DNA of 63,932 nucleotides, counting the filler, from Licmophora abbreviata (lineage: Eukaryota), in assembly GCA_900291995.1 (NCBI GenBank). It is 22 parts of 22 records of this genome, joined end to end, with 100 filler letters (N's around TTAATTAATTAA, not from the genome) between each part and the next. Parts side by side here need not be neighbours in the genome. Positions count along the whole stretch, not along the records: positions 42,226 to 46,457 come from OLMU01001777.1; positions 46,558 to 49,276 come from OLMU01001778.1; positions 49,377 to 51,465 come from OLMU01001779.1; positions 51,566 to 52,707 come from OLMU01001781.1; positions 52,808 to 54,170 come from OLMU01001782.1; 17 more parts are not named here. One strand, written 5' to 3'. The position numbers and the translations under genes were made by a program. How positions within the stretch are numbered: position 1 is the stretch's first letter; the number at the start of each line of letters is the position of its first letter. This document shows, piece after piece, positions 42,513 through 53,043 of the stretch. The notes under the pieces are model-generated. The model worked only from the letters and a program-made list of their open reading frames with translations. It made no database searches and was not told the origin of the DNA.

Positions 42513-43817
42513 ATGTCGGATATTGATTTCAAGACTTTGTCACGAGATATGGCAGGCCACGAAGGAGTCAGTGGCTCAGCTATTTTGGTGACTATCGCAG
42601 CGCTGATTTCAGTACTCTTGTTCTGGGCATCTTACGCCGAGCTTGACAATGTGACGAGAGGCGAAGGCCGTATCGTGTCATCGGTTCAGAACCAGATGAT
42701 TCAGGCGGCCGAGGGTGGTGTGATCTTGCGACGGTATGTGTCTGAAAACACACATGTTGTGACAGATCAGGTTCTCTTTGAACTTGATCCCATAGATGCC
42801 AGCAGCGAATTAAATCGAACGGCCAAGCGCATGGCAGCTCTCAACATTAAGGAAGCCCGTCTCCGCGCCGAAATTAGTGGGGCCCCCTTTGTTCTAGAGG
42901 CTGCATTGCGTAGTCAGGCCCCAACAGTCGCTTTGACAGAGGAAAGCCTGTTTGCTGCACGTAAGGCCGAGCTAGCAGGCACGATTTCTGTGCTTGAACA
43001 GCGCAAGCAGCAGCGCATGCAAGATTTTCAGGCGGCCGAAGCAGGTGCGTTGACCGCACAACGGACCATGGCACTCTTGGAGGAAGAAATTCAGGTTGTT
43101 GAGCCACTGGTTAGAGACAACATTGCTCCGGCGACACGTCTACTGGAATTGCAGCGCCAGTTTGAACAAGCGCGAGGGGATCGCGATCGCTCACGCGTCT
43201 CGATGGATCAGGCAAAATCTGGGATCCAAGAACTAGAGAATGAAATAGAGAACGCGCGAGAAGCTTACACGCTTACGGCGATGGAGGAGTTGAATGGCGC
43301 GGTGGCAGAAAAATCAGAATTGCAGGAAGCACTGCCGCGACTAGAGGAGCGGGTCAGTCGGACCGTGATCAGAGCCCCCATGGCCGGTATTATCAACCGT
43401 TTAAATTTCCGTACTCCAGGCGGCTACGTGAATACGGGTGACGTGGTGCTTGAACTCGTTCCGACCGGGGAGGCGCTTGTTATCGAGGCTAAGATTGCGC
43501 CTAAGGATATTTCAAATATTCGCCCCGAAGACGCAGTACGGATACGATTTTCAGCGTACGATTCTGCAAAATATGGCTCCGTGGATGGGCGCGTCCTAAG
43601 GATCAGCCCCGATGCAATCGTCGATCAACAAAACGAAGGCCTCAGTCATTATTTGATTGATGTTGCCATCGAGGGAAAGCTGAATGTGGATGGAGAGCCA
43701 GTAACATTTATGCCAGGTATGACCGCCACTGTGGATGTCCTTTCGGGCAAGCGGACGGTCCTTGAGTATATCTGGCAACCCGTTGCCAAGGTTCAGGAGC
43801 TTGCGTTGCGCGACTAA
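42513..43817 (+). CDS. HlyD-family T1SS membrane fusion protein
   Basis: IQAAEGGVI, IRAPMAGII, PGMTATVDV, LEYIWQP. Confidence 0.92.
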   Translation: MSDIDFKTLSRDMAGHEGVSGSAILVTIAALISVLLFWASYAELDNVTRGEGRIVSSVQNQMIQAAEGGVILRRYVSENTHVVTDQVLFELDPIDASSELNRTAKRMAALNIKEARLRAEISGAPFVLEAALRSQAPTVALTEESLFAARKAELAGTISVLEQRKQQRMQDFQAAEAGALTAQRTMALLEEEIQVVEPLVRDNIAPATRLLELQRQFEQARGDRDRSRVSMDQAKSGIQELENEIENAREAYTLTAMEELNGAVAEKSELQEALPRLEERVSRTVIRAPMAGIINRLNFRTPGGYVNTGDVVLELVPTGEALVIEAKIAPKDISNIRPEDAVRIRFSAYDSAKYGSVDGRVLRISPDAIVDQQNEGLSHYLIDVAIEGKLNVDGEPVTFMPGMTATVDVLSGKRTVLEYIWQPVAKVQELALRD

Positions 43818-43855
43818 TGCCAGGATTGTTGAGCTTCCGACCAACTTGCTCTGCC

Positions 43856-43902
43856 CCCGGAAAAACCCAGCTTCCGGCGGTCCAAGGTTGGGGAGCACTG
43901 CA
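43856..43902 (-). repeat. 47-bp inverted repeat, right copy
   Basis: CCCGGAAAAACCCAGCTTCCGGCGGTCCAAGGTTGGGGAGCACTGCA. Confidence 0.93.
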
Positions 43903-43944
43903 GAAGCAGGAAAACTCTCGCCAACGGTGGTAGAAGGTTCGGGG

Positions 43945-44757
43945 TCAGACCAGTGGGCGCACACGTGCGAAAAGAGACTTTTCGTCGTCCTGCAAAATAT
44001 CTTCACGGGCCAACCCTGCAGCTTCTGCCAACCGCATCCCGGTGTCTGATACTAGAGCAACAAGCCAACGCAGATCGTCATCGACTTCTTGGCTTCGTGC
44101 TTGAACCGAGGCTATAGCTTCCTGTACGAAAGGCGTCCGTTCTGAGACGCCTGCGTTTCGGTCATAGTAAACACCAGTAAAGGGGTTGTTGAGGGTGAGG
44201 CCCTGTTCGCTCGCAGCAAAATTGATCACTTCTCTGACGGTGCCAAAGACCCAAGTAATGCTGCTGCCTGAGAGGCCACGAGCAATCAACGCATCGCGAA
44301 AGGCGTTGGCATCTGCTCTTGTGTACGCCTCTAGATGCTTATCGCCACAGGTATCAATGACGTATCCACAAGACCTCTCGGCCGCTCTGTGAAAAGTAAT
44401 TGAGCGCCCTTTGCCTTTTAGGCCCAAGTAGACACTGACGGCCTCTGACAACAATACAGATGAGAAAGACACGTCTGGCGCTTGGATATTCGGCTGAGCG
44501 GGGATGCTCCCCTGTTGGCGAAGCATATGCTTTCCCGGCATTTGAACGTCTTGGCACCTCAAATGATACCAGTACTCGTCGAGCTGGTCGGCAACCTTTC
44601 TAGCTCGAGCCTCTGCAATTTTTGGCGACTTTGTGCGCAGCGAAAACGCAATCCGAGGTGATGTGTAATGGGATTTCAGCTCGTTAGGAACTCGACGGCT
44701 GAAGTAGAAGATCCCTTCTTTGACGAAGGTGAATGGGCGCGAAATGGTCTCCGACAT
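43945..44757 (-). pseudogene. Truncated tyrosine recombinase/integrase (DUF6538-type N-terminus)
   Basis: [16 protein letters not shown], catalytic TGMRLAEA; stops shortly after, with no HxxR or catalytic Tyr region. Confidence 0.82.
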
Positions 44758-44818
44758 GGTCTACGGCTCCTAGCAGTTGTTAAAAGCTGGAGCAAAACCA
44801 ATGAGTTAGATAATGAGG

Positions 44819-44904
44819 TGGTGCCCGCGGCCGGACTCGAACCGGCACGGCCTTGCGGCCTGGAGATTTTAAGTCTCCTGTGTCTACCATTCCACCACGC
44901 GGGC
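44819..44904 (-). tRNA. tRNA-Leu (TAA)
   Basis: Reverse complement GCCCGCGTGGTGGAATGGTAGACAC-AGGAGA-CTTAAAA-TCTCC, long variable arm, GGTTCGAGTCC, CCA; 86 nt. Confidence 0.96.
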
Positions 44905-44949
44905 CTCGAGCGCGGACAATATCCGTTCGGGGGCGGGTGTAAAGCGGTG

Positions 44950-45522
44950 TCAGAGCTCTTGTTCGGCGGCTTCGAGAACCGGCAACAGGTGGCGTTCGCT
45001 GAGCCAGGGGTTCATGGCGAGCGCCTTGCGCAGGGCGAGCACCGCCTCGGCCTTGCGTTCGAGCGCCGACAGCGTCAGCGCGCGCCCGGTGATTGCCGCC
45101 ACATGGCGCGGCGATAAGGCGAGGGTCCGGTCGAGATCGGGCAGGGCGGCCGAGAAATCTTCGCGCAGGAAATGGATGAACGCGCGCTGGTTGTAGCCTT
45201 CGGCGTAATCCGGGCAGTAGGCGATCAGCGCCTCGAAGGCCTTCATCGCGCCGTCGTAATCGTAGATATTGCGGCGCGACATCCCCTCGTCCAGCAACTC
45301 TTGTGCGTAGCTGTCGGGGGCGTCGGACCAGAGCGCCCACATGTCGTTGGAGAGCATGCGCCCGCTGCGTTCATCCTCGGCGGCTTGGGCGGCGCGGATC
45401 AGGTCGGTCAGGGCGGCGGAATGATCGGGGGCGGGCGGGCATGTCTGCTCCTGCGCGAGGGCAGGACCATGACAGGCCAATGACAGGGCCAGAGCGAGAC
45501 TTGACGCAGCGACATGCTTCAT
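44950..45522 (-). CDS. Exported TPR-repeat protein
   Basis: Signal peptide (ALA-QE), TPR motifs [19 protein letters not shown]. Confidence 0.8.
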   Translation of the reverse strand: MKHVAASSLALALSLACHGPALAQEQTCPPAPDHSAALTDLIRAAQAAEDERSGRMLSNDMWALWSDAPDSYAQELLDEGMSRRNIYDYDGAMKAFEALIAYCPDYAEGYNQRAFIHFLREDFSAALPDLDRTLALSPRHVAAITGRALTLSALERKAEAVLALRKALAMNPWLSERHLLPVLEAAEQEL

Positions 45523-45554
45523 GAGCGCATTAGATGATGCGCCCGCGGCTTCCG

Positions 45555-46031
45555 TCAAATGATATCTGACAGAGCGTTTTCCTTTACCGCCTGCATCGCC
45601 ACATATGTCGAGGTGTTGGAGACATGCGGCAGGGTCGAGATATGTTCGGCCAGCACGCGGCGGTAATCGGACATGTTCTGGGTGCGCACCTTCATCAGGT
45701 AGTCGAAATTCCCGGCGATCAGGTGGACCTGTTCGATTTCGGGCACGCGCGCGACGGCGGCGTTGAATTCGGCCAAAGCGGCTTCGCGGGTGTCCTGCAG
45801 GCGGACCTCGACAAAGCTGACGTGATCGAGGCCGAGGCGGATCGGATCGAAGAGCGCGCGGTAGCCGGTGATGACCCCGTCCGCCTCGAGCCGCCGGAGA
45901 CGGGCCTGGGTCGGTGATTTCGAAAGTCCGATCTTGCGCGCCAGATCTGTTATGCTGATGCGGCCATCCACGGCGAGCACGCCGAGAATCGCCCGGTCGA
46001 AACGGTCCAGTTCCGGGTGGTCGTTTTTCAT
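45555..46031 (-). CDS. putR: Lrp/AsnC-family proline utilisation regulator
   Basis: Lrp HTH, GNFDYLMKV; divergent from putA. Confidence 0.85.
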   Translation of the reverse strand: MKNDHPELDRFDRAILGVLAVDGRISITDLARKIGLSKSPTQARLRRLEADGVITGYRALFDPIRLGLDHVSFVEVRLQDTREAALAEFNAAVARVPEIEQVHLIAGNFDYLMKVRTQNMSDYRRVLAEHISTLPHVSNTSTYVAMQAVKENALSDII

Positions 46032-46139
46032 CGCAAACCCTCGTTATTTTGTCCGCTTTGGATTGCGGTTCCTCGTTAATCAGGAGAAATGACTTATCGC
46101 ACGGTGGTATCATGGGTCAATGCACTTGGAGGAAACGCC

Positions 46140-49100
46140 ATGCCCTATGACAGTGATCTGCGCCGCGCCATCGACATCGCCACCTATGCCGACGAGGCCG
46201 CCACGATCGAGCGGCTGACCGAGATCGCCGCGCTGTCGGAGACCGATCGCGCGAAGATCTGCGCGCACGGCGCGCAGTTGGTGCGCGACATCCGGGGGCA
46301 GTCCAGCCCGGGGCTGATGGAGGTGTTTCTTGCGGAATATGGCCTGTCGACCAATGAGGGCATCGCGCTCATGTGTCTGGCCGAGGCGCTGCTGAGGGTG
46401 CCGGATGCCCTGACCATCGACGCGCTGATCGAAGACAAGATCGCGCCGTCGGACTGGNNNNNNNNNNNNNNNNNNNNNNNNNNNNNNNNNNNNNNNNNNN
46501 NTTAATTAATTAANNNNNNNNNNNNNNNNNNNNNNNNNNNNNNNNNNNNNNNNNNNNGACATGCTGGGCGAGGCGGCGCGCACCGATGCGGATGCCACGC
46601 GTTATCACCTGAGCTATTCACGCGCGATCACCGCGATCGCCGAGGCCTGCACCAATGCCGATATCCGCGACAATCCCGGTATCTCGGTCAAGCTGTCGGC
46701 GCTGCATCCGCGCTATGAGGTGGCGCAGCGCGATCAGGTGATGGATGTGCTGGTGCCGCGTCTGCGCAGTCTGGCGCTGCTGGCGAAATCGGCGCGCATG
46801 GGGCTGAATATCGACGCCGAGGAGGCCGACCGTCTGTCGCTGTCGCTGGATGTGATCGAGACGGTGCTGAGCGAGCCGGCGCTGGCGGGTTGGGACGGAT
46901 TCGGTGTCGTCGTGCAGGCCTATGGGCAGCGCGCGGCCTATGTGCTGGATTACCTGCATGATCTCGCCACCCGGCTGGATCGCCGGATCATGGTGCGGCT
47001 GGTCAAGGGGGCCTATTGGGATACCGAGATCAAGCTGGCGCAGGTCGAGGGCGTCGAGGGGTTCCCGGTCTTTACCTCGAAGGCGGCGACCGACATTTCC
47101 TATATCGCCAATGCGCGCAAGCTGCTTGGGATGACCGACCGGATCTATCCGCAATTCGCCACCCATAACGCGCATACCGCCGAGGCGATCCTGTATATGG
47201 CCGATGACAAGGACAGCTTTGAGTTTCAGCGGCTGCACGGGATGGGCGAGGCGCTGCACGATATCATCCTGCAATCCGAGGGCACGCGCTGTCGGATCTA
47301 TGCTCCCGTTGGCGCGCATCGCGATTTGCTGGCCTATCTGGTGCGGCGGCTTCTGGAGAACGGTGCGAATTCCAGCTTCGTCAACCAGATCGTCGACGAG
47401 GACGTGCCGCCCGAGACCGTTGCCCGCGATCCGTTCGAGGCGTTGAGGGATGAGCAGCCGGCATTGCCGACCGGCCCCGATCTGTTCCAGCCCGAGCGGC
47501 GCAATTCGATGGGGTTCGATCTGAGCCACCAGCCGACGCTGGACCATATCGAGGCGGCACGCGGCCCGTTTGCCAAGCACAGCTGGACGGTGACGCCGAT
47601 CCTTGCCGGGCAGGCCGCGCCGCACGCGCCCGAGCCGGTGATCAACCCGGCCGATCCCGCCGACAGCCCCGGCACGGTCGCCTGGGCCAGCCCGGCGGAT
47701 GTGGAGACGGCGCTGGCGGCGGCCAAGCCCTGGGATGCGCCGGGGGCGACACGGGCCGAGGTGCTGAACAAGGTGGCCGATCTTTATGAAGAGAATTTCG
47801 GCGAATTGTTCGCGGCGATCCATCGCGAGGCCGGGAAATCGGTAATGGATGCGGTGGCCGAATTGCGCGAGGCGGTGGATTTCCTGCGCTATTATGCGGC
47901 CAATGCGCCCGAGGGCGAGGCGGTGGGCACCTTCACCTGCATCAGCCCGTGGAACTTTCCGCTGGCGATCTTCACCGGTCAGATCAGCGCGGCGCTGGCG
48001 GCGGGCAATGCGGTGCTGTCGAAGCCTGCCGAGCAGACGCCGATCATCTCGGCGCTGGCGGTGCGGTTGATGCACAAGGCGGGCGTGCCCGAGACCGCGC
48101 TGCAACTGCTGCCCGGCGCAGGCGAAGTGGGTGCGGCGCTGACATCCGATCCGAGGGTGGACGGGGTGGCCTTCACCGGCTCGACCGAGACGGCGATGAA
48201 GATCCGCGCCGCGATGGCCGAAAATCTGGCGCCCGGAGCGCCGCTGATCGCCGAAACAGGCGGGTTGAACGCGATGATCGTGGATTCGACGGCGCTGCCG
48301 GAGCAGGCGGTGCAGGCGATCGTGGAATCGGCCTTCCAGTCGGCGGGTCAGCGGTGCTCGGCGCTTCGCTGTCTTTATGTGCAGGAGGATATCGCCAAGC
48401 CCTTTACCGAGATGCTGACCGGCGCGATGGATGCGCTGCGTCTCGGGATGCCGTGGCACCTGTCGACGGATGTCGGACCGGTGATCGACGACGAGGCCAA
48501 GCGCGGGATCGATGCGCATATCCAACAGGCCCGCGCCGAGGGCCGGTTGATCCACGAGCTGAAAACACCCAATGCGGGAACCTATGTGGCGCCGACGCTG
48601 ATCCGGGTGGACGGTATCGGTGAAATGGAGCGTGAGATTTTCGGCCCCGTACTGCATCTGGCGACGTTCAAGGCCCATGAGCTGGACCGCGTGATCGACG
48701 CGATCAACGCCACGGGATACGGGCTGACCTTCGGGTTGCAGACCCGGATCGACGACCGGGTGCAGCATGTCACCGACCGGATCAAGGCGGGCAATATGTA
48801 TGTGAATCGCAACCAGATCGGGGCGATTGTCGGCTCGCAGCCGTTTGGCGGAGAGGGGATGTCGGGTACCGGGCCGAAGGCGGGCGGACCGAATTACCTG
48901 ACCCGCTTCACAGGGCGTGCGGCACAGGCCTGCGCCGAAGCGTGGCTCAGAGACATGTCGGCCAAGGACCTGCGGAGTGCGCTGGATTATGCCAATGCCC
49001 GCAAGGCCGAGCGCCGCGAGGCGCTGGTCTTGCCCGGGCCGACGGGGGAATCGAACCGCCTGACCACGCATACGCGCGATGCGGTCCTGTGTCTGGGGCC

Positions 49101-49392
49101 GGGGGCGCAAGCCGCGGCGGCGCAGGCCCATGCGGTGCGAAAGCTGGGGGGGGATCGCGGTTGAGGCCACGGGCCATGTGCCCTGCGAGACACTGCGCAC
49201 GGTCGAGGGGCTTTCCGGCGTGCTGTATTGGGGGGACGACACCACCACGGCCCGCGCCTATGCACAGGCATTGAGCNNNNNNNNNNNNNNNNNNNNNNNN
49301 NNNNNNNNNNNNNNNNNNNNTTAATTAATTAANNNNNNNNNNNNNNNNNNNNNNNNNNNNNNNNNNNNNNNNNNNNGGGGGGCATGGCCTGA
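46140..49392 (+). CDS. putA: Bifunctional proline dehydrogenase/P5C dehydrogenase; two gaps and an apparent frameshift in G8 at 49146-49153
   Basis: SVKLSALHPRY, RLVKGAYWD, FQRLHGMG, YLVRRLLENGAN, SAGQRCS, GPKAGGP; end coordinate tentative. Confidence 0.93.
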
Positions 49393-49500
49393 GCGGTCAG
49401 CCCCACCAAGCGCCTGAGCGTGGACGTGTTTTTGCGGCATCCGGTCTGGTAACGAGGCTGTGCGCTTGACCTGAGGCCGGGGGCGCGCCAACTATCCGGC

Positions 49501-50247
49501 ATGTTTCCGATCCGTGATCACAACCCGTCGCGCCATACGCCGTTCGTCACCTATGCGTTGATCGCGATCAACGTGGTGGTGTTCCTGAGCTATTGGCCGC
49601 TTTTCTCGGATCCGCGGGAGTTGAACCTGTTTTTCTACGAATGGGCGCTGGTGCCCGCGCTGGTCAGTGAACAGGGGACATGGTCAACGATGGCCACGTC
49701 GATGTTCCTGCATGGCGGATGGATGCATCTTGCGGGCAACATGCTGTTCCTGTGGATTTTCGGCGACAATCTCGAAGACGAGATGGGGCATCTGGGATAT
49801 CTCGCCTTTTATCTTGCGTCGGGGATCGGGGCGGCGGCGGCGCACATGATCTCGGCGCCTTATAGCCCGGTGCCGACGGTGGGCGCGTCGGGGGCCATTG
49901 CGGGCGTGATGGGGGGCTATCTGCTGATGTTTCCCAAGGCGCGGGTGGATGTGCTTTTGTTTTTCGTCATCATTATCAGGATCATACCCGTGCCGGCCTG
50001 GATCATGCTTTGCCTGTGGTTCGGCCTGCAATTGTTCAGCAGTATCGGGGCCGATCCGATGGCGGGCGGCGTGGCCTATTGGGCGCATGCGGGCGGTTTT
50101 CTGGTGGGGATGGCGCTGACCGTGCCGCTGTTCCTGCGGCGCGGCGGGCCGCGTTTCTGGCGGAGCACCGATGGGCATCCGCCGCATCCCGAGGCGAGCT
50201 ATACCTATCGCCGCACGGATATTCCCCGCGTCAGGCGTCGCCGGTAA
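49501..50247 (+). CDS. Rhomboid intramembrane serine protease
   Basis: HGGWMHLAGNM, GASG, AYWAHAGG. Confidence 0.92.
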   Translation: MFPIRDHNPSRHTPFVTYALIAINVVVFLSYWPLFSDPRELNLFFYEWALVPALVSEQGTWSTMATSMFLHGGWMHLAGNMLFLWIFGDNLEDEMGHLGYLAFYLASGIGAAAAHMISAPYSPVPTVGASGAIAGVMGGYLLMFPKARVDVLLFFVIIIRIIPVPAWIMLCLWFGLQLFSSIGADPMAGGVAYWAHAGGFLVGMALTVPLFLRRGGPRFWRSTDGHPPHPEASYTYRRTDIPRVRRRR

Positions 50248-50254
50248 GGGAGGT

Positions 50255-50284
50255 AAAAGCCGGGGAGGGGTGATCCCCGGCCTT
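50255..50284. terminator. Hairpin between convergent rhomboid and metG genes
   Basis: AAAA-GCCGGGGA-GGGGTGA-TCCCCGGC-CTT. Confidence 0.55.
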
Positions 50285-50299
50285 GTGGTCTTGTGCGGG

Positions 50300-51465
50300 T
50301 CAGGTGCGGGTGCCGGAGAACCGGGTTTCCCAATCCTCGCGCTGCTCGTCGGTGATCTTGGTGAACAGAACCTCGGGCACGCTGAAGGCATGGCCCGCCT
50401 CCAGATGCGCCAGAGCCTGCGCCACGTCATCTGGCCAGTCGGTATCGGTTGTGTGCATGGCGGCCAGCATCGTGTCGGAGGCATCGGGAATGAAGGGCGC
50501 TGAGAGCACCGCGTAAAGCCGGATCAGGTTGAGCGCGAGCCGGATTTGTGCTGCGGCCTGTTCGGGGTCTTCCTTGTAGGTGGACCACGGGGCTGCCTCT
50601 TGCAGGTATTCGTTGCCAGCCACCCAGATCGCGCGCAATTCCTGCGAGGCCTTGCGGACCTCGATTGCGTCCATATGGGCCTGATAGGTGCGGATGCGGG
50701 CGCCCAGATCGTCGATCAGCGCGCGTTCGCGCGCCCGCATCTCGCCGCCATCGGGCACGGCTTCGCCGAATTTCGAGCGGCAGAACTTGGTCACGCGGCT
50801 GACGAAATTGCCCAGAACATCGGCCAGATCCTTGTTGACCGATTGCTGGAAATTCTCCCACGTGAATTCAGAGTCCGAGCTTTCGGGCGCATGGCTGAGC
50901 AGCCACCAGCGCCAGTAATCGGCGGGCAGGATATCAAGCGCCTGATCCATGAACACGCCGCGGCCCTGGCTGGTGCTGAACTGGCCGCCGTCATAGTTCA
51001 GGTAGTTGAAGGATTTGATGTAATCCACCAGCTTCCAATCCTCGCCCGAGCCAAGGATCGTGGCGGGAAAGCTGAGGGTGTGGAAGGGCACGTTGTCCTT
51101 GCCCATGAACTGGGTGTAGCGCACATCCTCGGCGCCGCGTTCGGTGCGCCACCAGCGTTCCCATGCGCTGTCGTCCAGTGAATGCGCCTCGGCCCATTCG
51201 GCGGCGCAGGCGATGTATTCGATGGGGGCGTCGAACCAGACATAGAACACCTTGCCGTCCATGCCGGGCCAGTCTTCGTCGCCGCGCTTGACGGGAATGC
51301 CCCAGTCCAGATCGCGGGTGATCCCGCGATCCTGCAGGCCGTCGCCATCGTTGAGCCATTTGCGGGCGATCGAGGTGGTCAGGATCGGCCAGTCGGTCTT
51401 GGAGTCGATCCAGTCGCTGAGTTGGACACGCATCTGGGACTGGCGCAGGTAAAGATGCGTGGTCT
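50300..51465 (-). CDS. metG: Methionyl-tRNA synthetase, 5' partial
   Basis: [33 protein letters not shown]. Confidence 0.93.
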
Positions 51466-51565
51466 NNNNNNNNNNNNNNNNNNNNNNNNNNNNNNNNNNN
51501 NNNNNNNNNTTAATTAATTAANNNNNNNNNNNNNNNNNNNNNNNNNNNNNNNNNNNNNNNNNNNN

Positions 51566-52471
51566 AAAGGTCGTCAGGCCAAAGAAGAACGCGGTGAGCA
51601 GCACCCCTGTCGAGCTCAGGTCATGGGCGAGGGCCGTCGTGACGCAGCTGATGATCGCGGCGACCGAGAGCCAGAGCATGACCCAACGGCGGTCGAACCT
51701 GTCGGCCAACCAGCCCACCGGGTATTGCGCCAGCGCGCCGCCCAGAACGAAGGCGGCGAGGAACCACGCGATCTGGTCCACGACAAGGCCGACCTGCTGG
51801 CCATAGACCGGCCCGACCATGCGGAAGGTCGCACTGGACAGGGCCGCCACGATGACGCCCATGGCCGCCAGTGGTGAGCATCGCACGGCAAGGCCGGGGC
51901 GCAGGCGCGGGGCGGCGGGGGTCTCGGGCTGGCTGACGCGGGTGATGGTGAGCGGCAGAAGCGAGGCGCAGCACAGGATCGCCAGAAGATTGTACGAGAC
52001 ATAGGAGGCCGGTTCGAGCACCGAGATCATCATCTGCGCCACGAGGGACGCGCCCATGTCGGCCACCCGGTAGACGCCCATCGTGCGGCCTCGGGTCTCG
52101 TTGGTGACCTTGGCCTGAAGCCATGCCTCGATCACCGTGTAGCAGCCCGCCACGCAGAGCCCCGACGCCACCCGCATCACCGCCCAGGCATAGGGGTCCA
52201 CCACCATCATATGCATGAGCAATCCGATGGCGCCGGTGGCGGTGAAGGCGGCGAAGGCGCGCGAATGGCCGACGCTGCCCATCAGGCGCGGCGCCCACCA
52301 GCATCCGATGAAGAAGCCCATGAAATGCGCCGAGCCGAGAAAGCCGATCTGGGCGGTGGTGAAATCCAGCGCCAGTCCCGAGATCGCATCAAGCGGCGCC
52401 ACGCCCCCCGTCGAGAGTTGCAGAAGGATGACCGACAGGAAAAGGGCGGCGAAGGAAATGAGAAGGCGCAT
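51566..52471 (-). CDS. MFS transporter (YcaD-like), 3' partial
   Basis: Multiple TMs, GWLADRFDRR motif. Confidence 0.85.
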
Positions 52472-52550
52472 GTTCCGGCCAGACTGTCAGTCTGGCTGCG
52501 GCATGCCTGCGGTTTTTCGACAAAAACGCGTCGTTTTCCGCGCTGTGCGG

Positions 52551-52707
52551 TTATTTCGTGATCCGAGCGACGATGCGGATGCCGATCGTGTCGCCCACGA
52601 GCCCGGCATAGCCTGTGGCGCCGAAGGCCGAGCGGCTGACGCTGCCGGTCAGCAGCACGGTCAGGTTGTCACGGTCGCCCGGCTGCGTGCCGCGCTGGCG
52701 GTAAAGG
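52551..52707 (-). CDS. YceI-family protein, C-terminal fragment
   Basis: LTGSVSRSAFGATGYAGLVGDTIGIRIVARITK*. Confidence 0.65.
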
Positions 52708-52807
52708 NNNNNNNNNNNNNNNNNNNNNNNNNNNNNNNNNNNNNNNNNNNNTTAATTAATTAANNNNNNNNNNNNNNNNNNNNNNNNNNNNNNNNNNNNN
52801 NNNNNNN

Positions 52808-52912
52808 ACCGCAGGCTTCGTGCAGCCGCGCCAAGGGCAGCGCCATGTCGCCCAGCACCGGCAGGGCGGGGCGGCCGGCATGGTGGCGGCGATCGAGCAA
52901 ATGGGCTGTCAT
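52808..52912 (-). CDS. imuA: ImuA-like protein, N-terminal fragment
   Basis: MTAHLLDRR...LPLARLHEACG, preceded by a LexA box. Confidence 0.6.
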
Positions 52913-52929
52913 GCGGTGAGCGATAGCAT

Positions 52930-52944
52930 GTTCACTAAATGTTC
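52930..52944. promoter_or_regulatory. Alphaproteobacterial LexA (SOS) box
   Basis: GTTC-ACTAAAT-GTTC matches GTTC-N7-GTTC, 18 nt upstream of imuA-like start. Confidence 0.8.
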
Positions 52945-53043
52945 TCAAGCGCGCAATCCGGGGGAGAGGGGGGTGACCACAGGCGGAAAAAGCGTAAGCT
53001 GCGCCGGGAAAAGCATAATGCGACGATACGGAAGGAATGACGG

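Larger units (their letters stand above)
31232..44818. mobile_element. Genomic island at tRNA-Leu 3' end (left boundary uncertain)
   Basis: Visibly lower GC than flanks, integrase immediately downstream of tRNA-Leu, IS3 remnant, T1SS cargo. Confidence 0.7.

Noticed and set aside
49146..49153. G8 tract frameshifting putA (possible phase variation)
   Set aside because: One extra G in a homopolymer; similar single-base slips occur at ~59840 and ~62303, pointing to homopolymer sequencing error. Needs resequencing before any claim.
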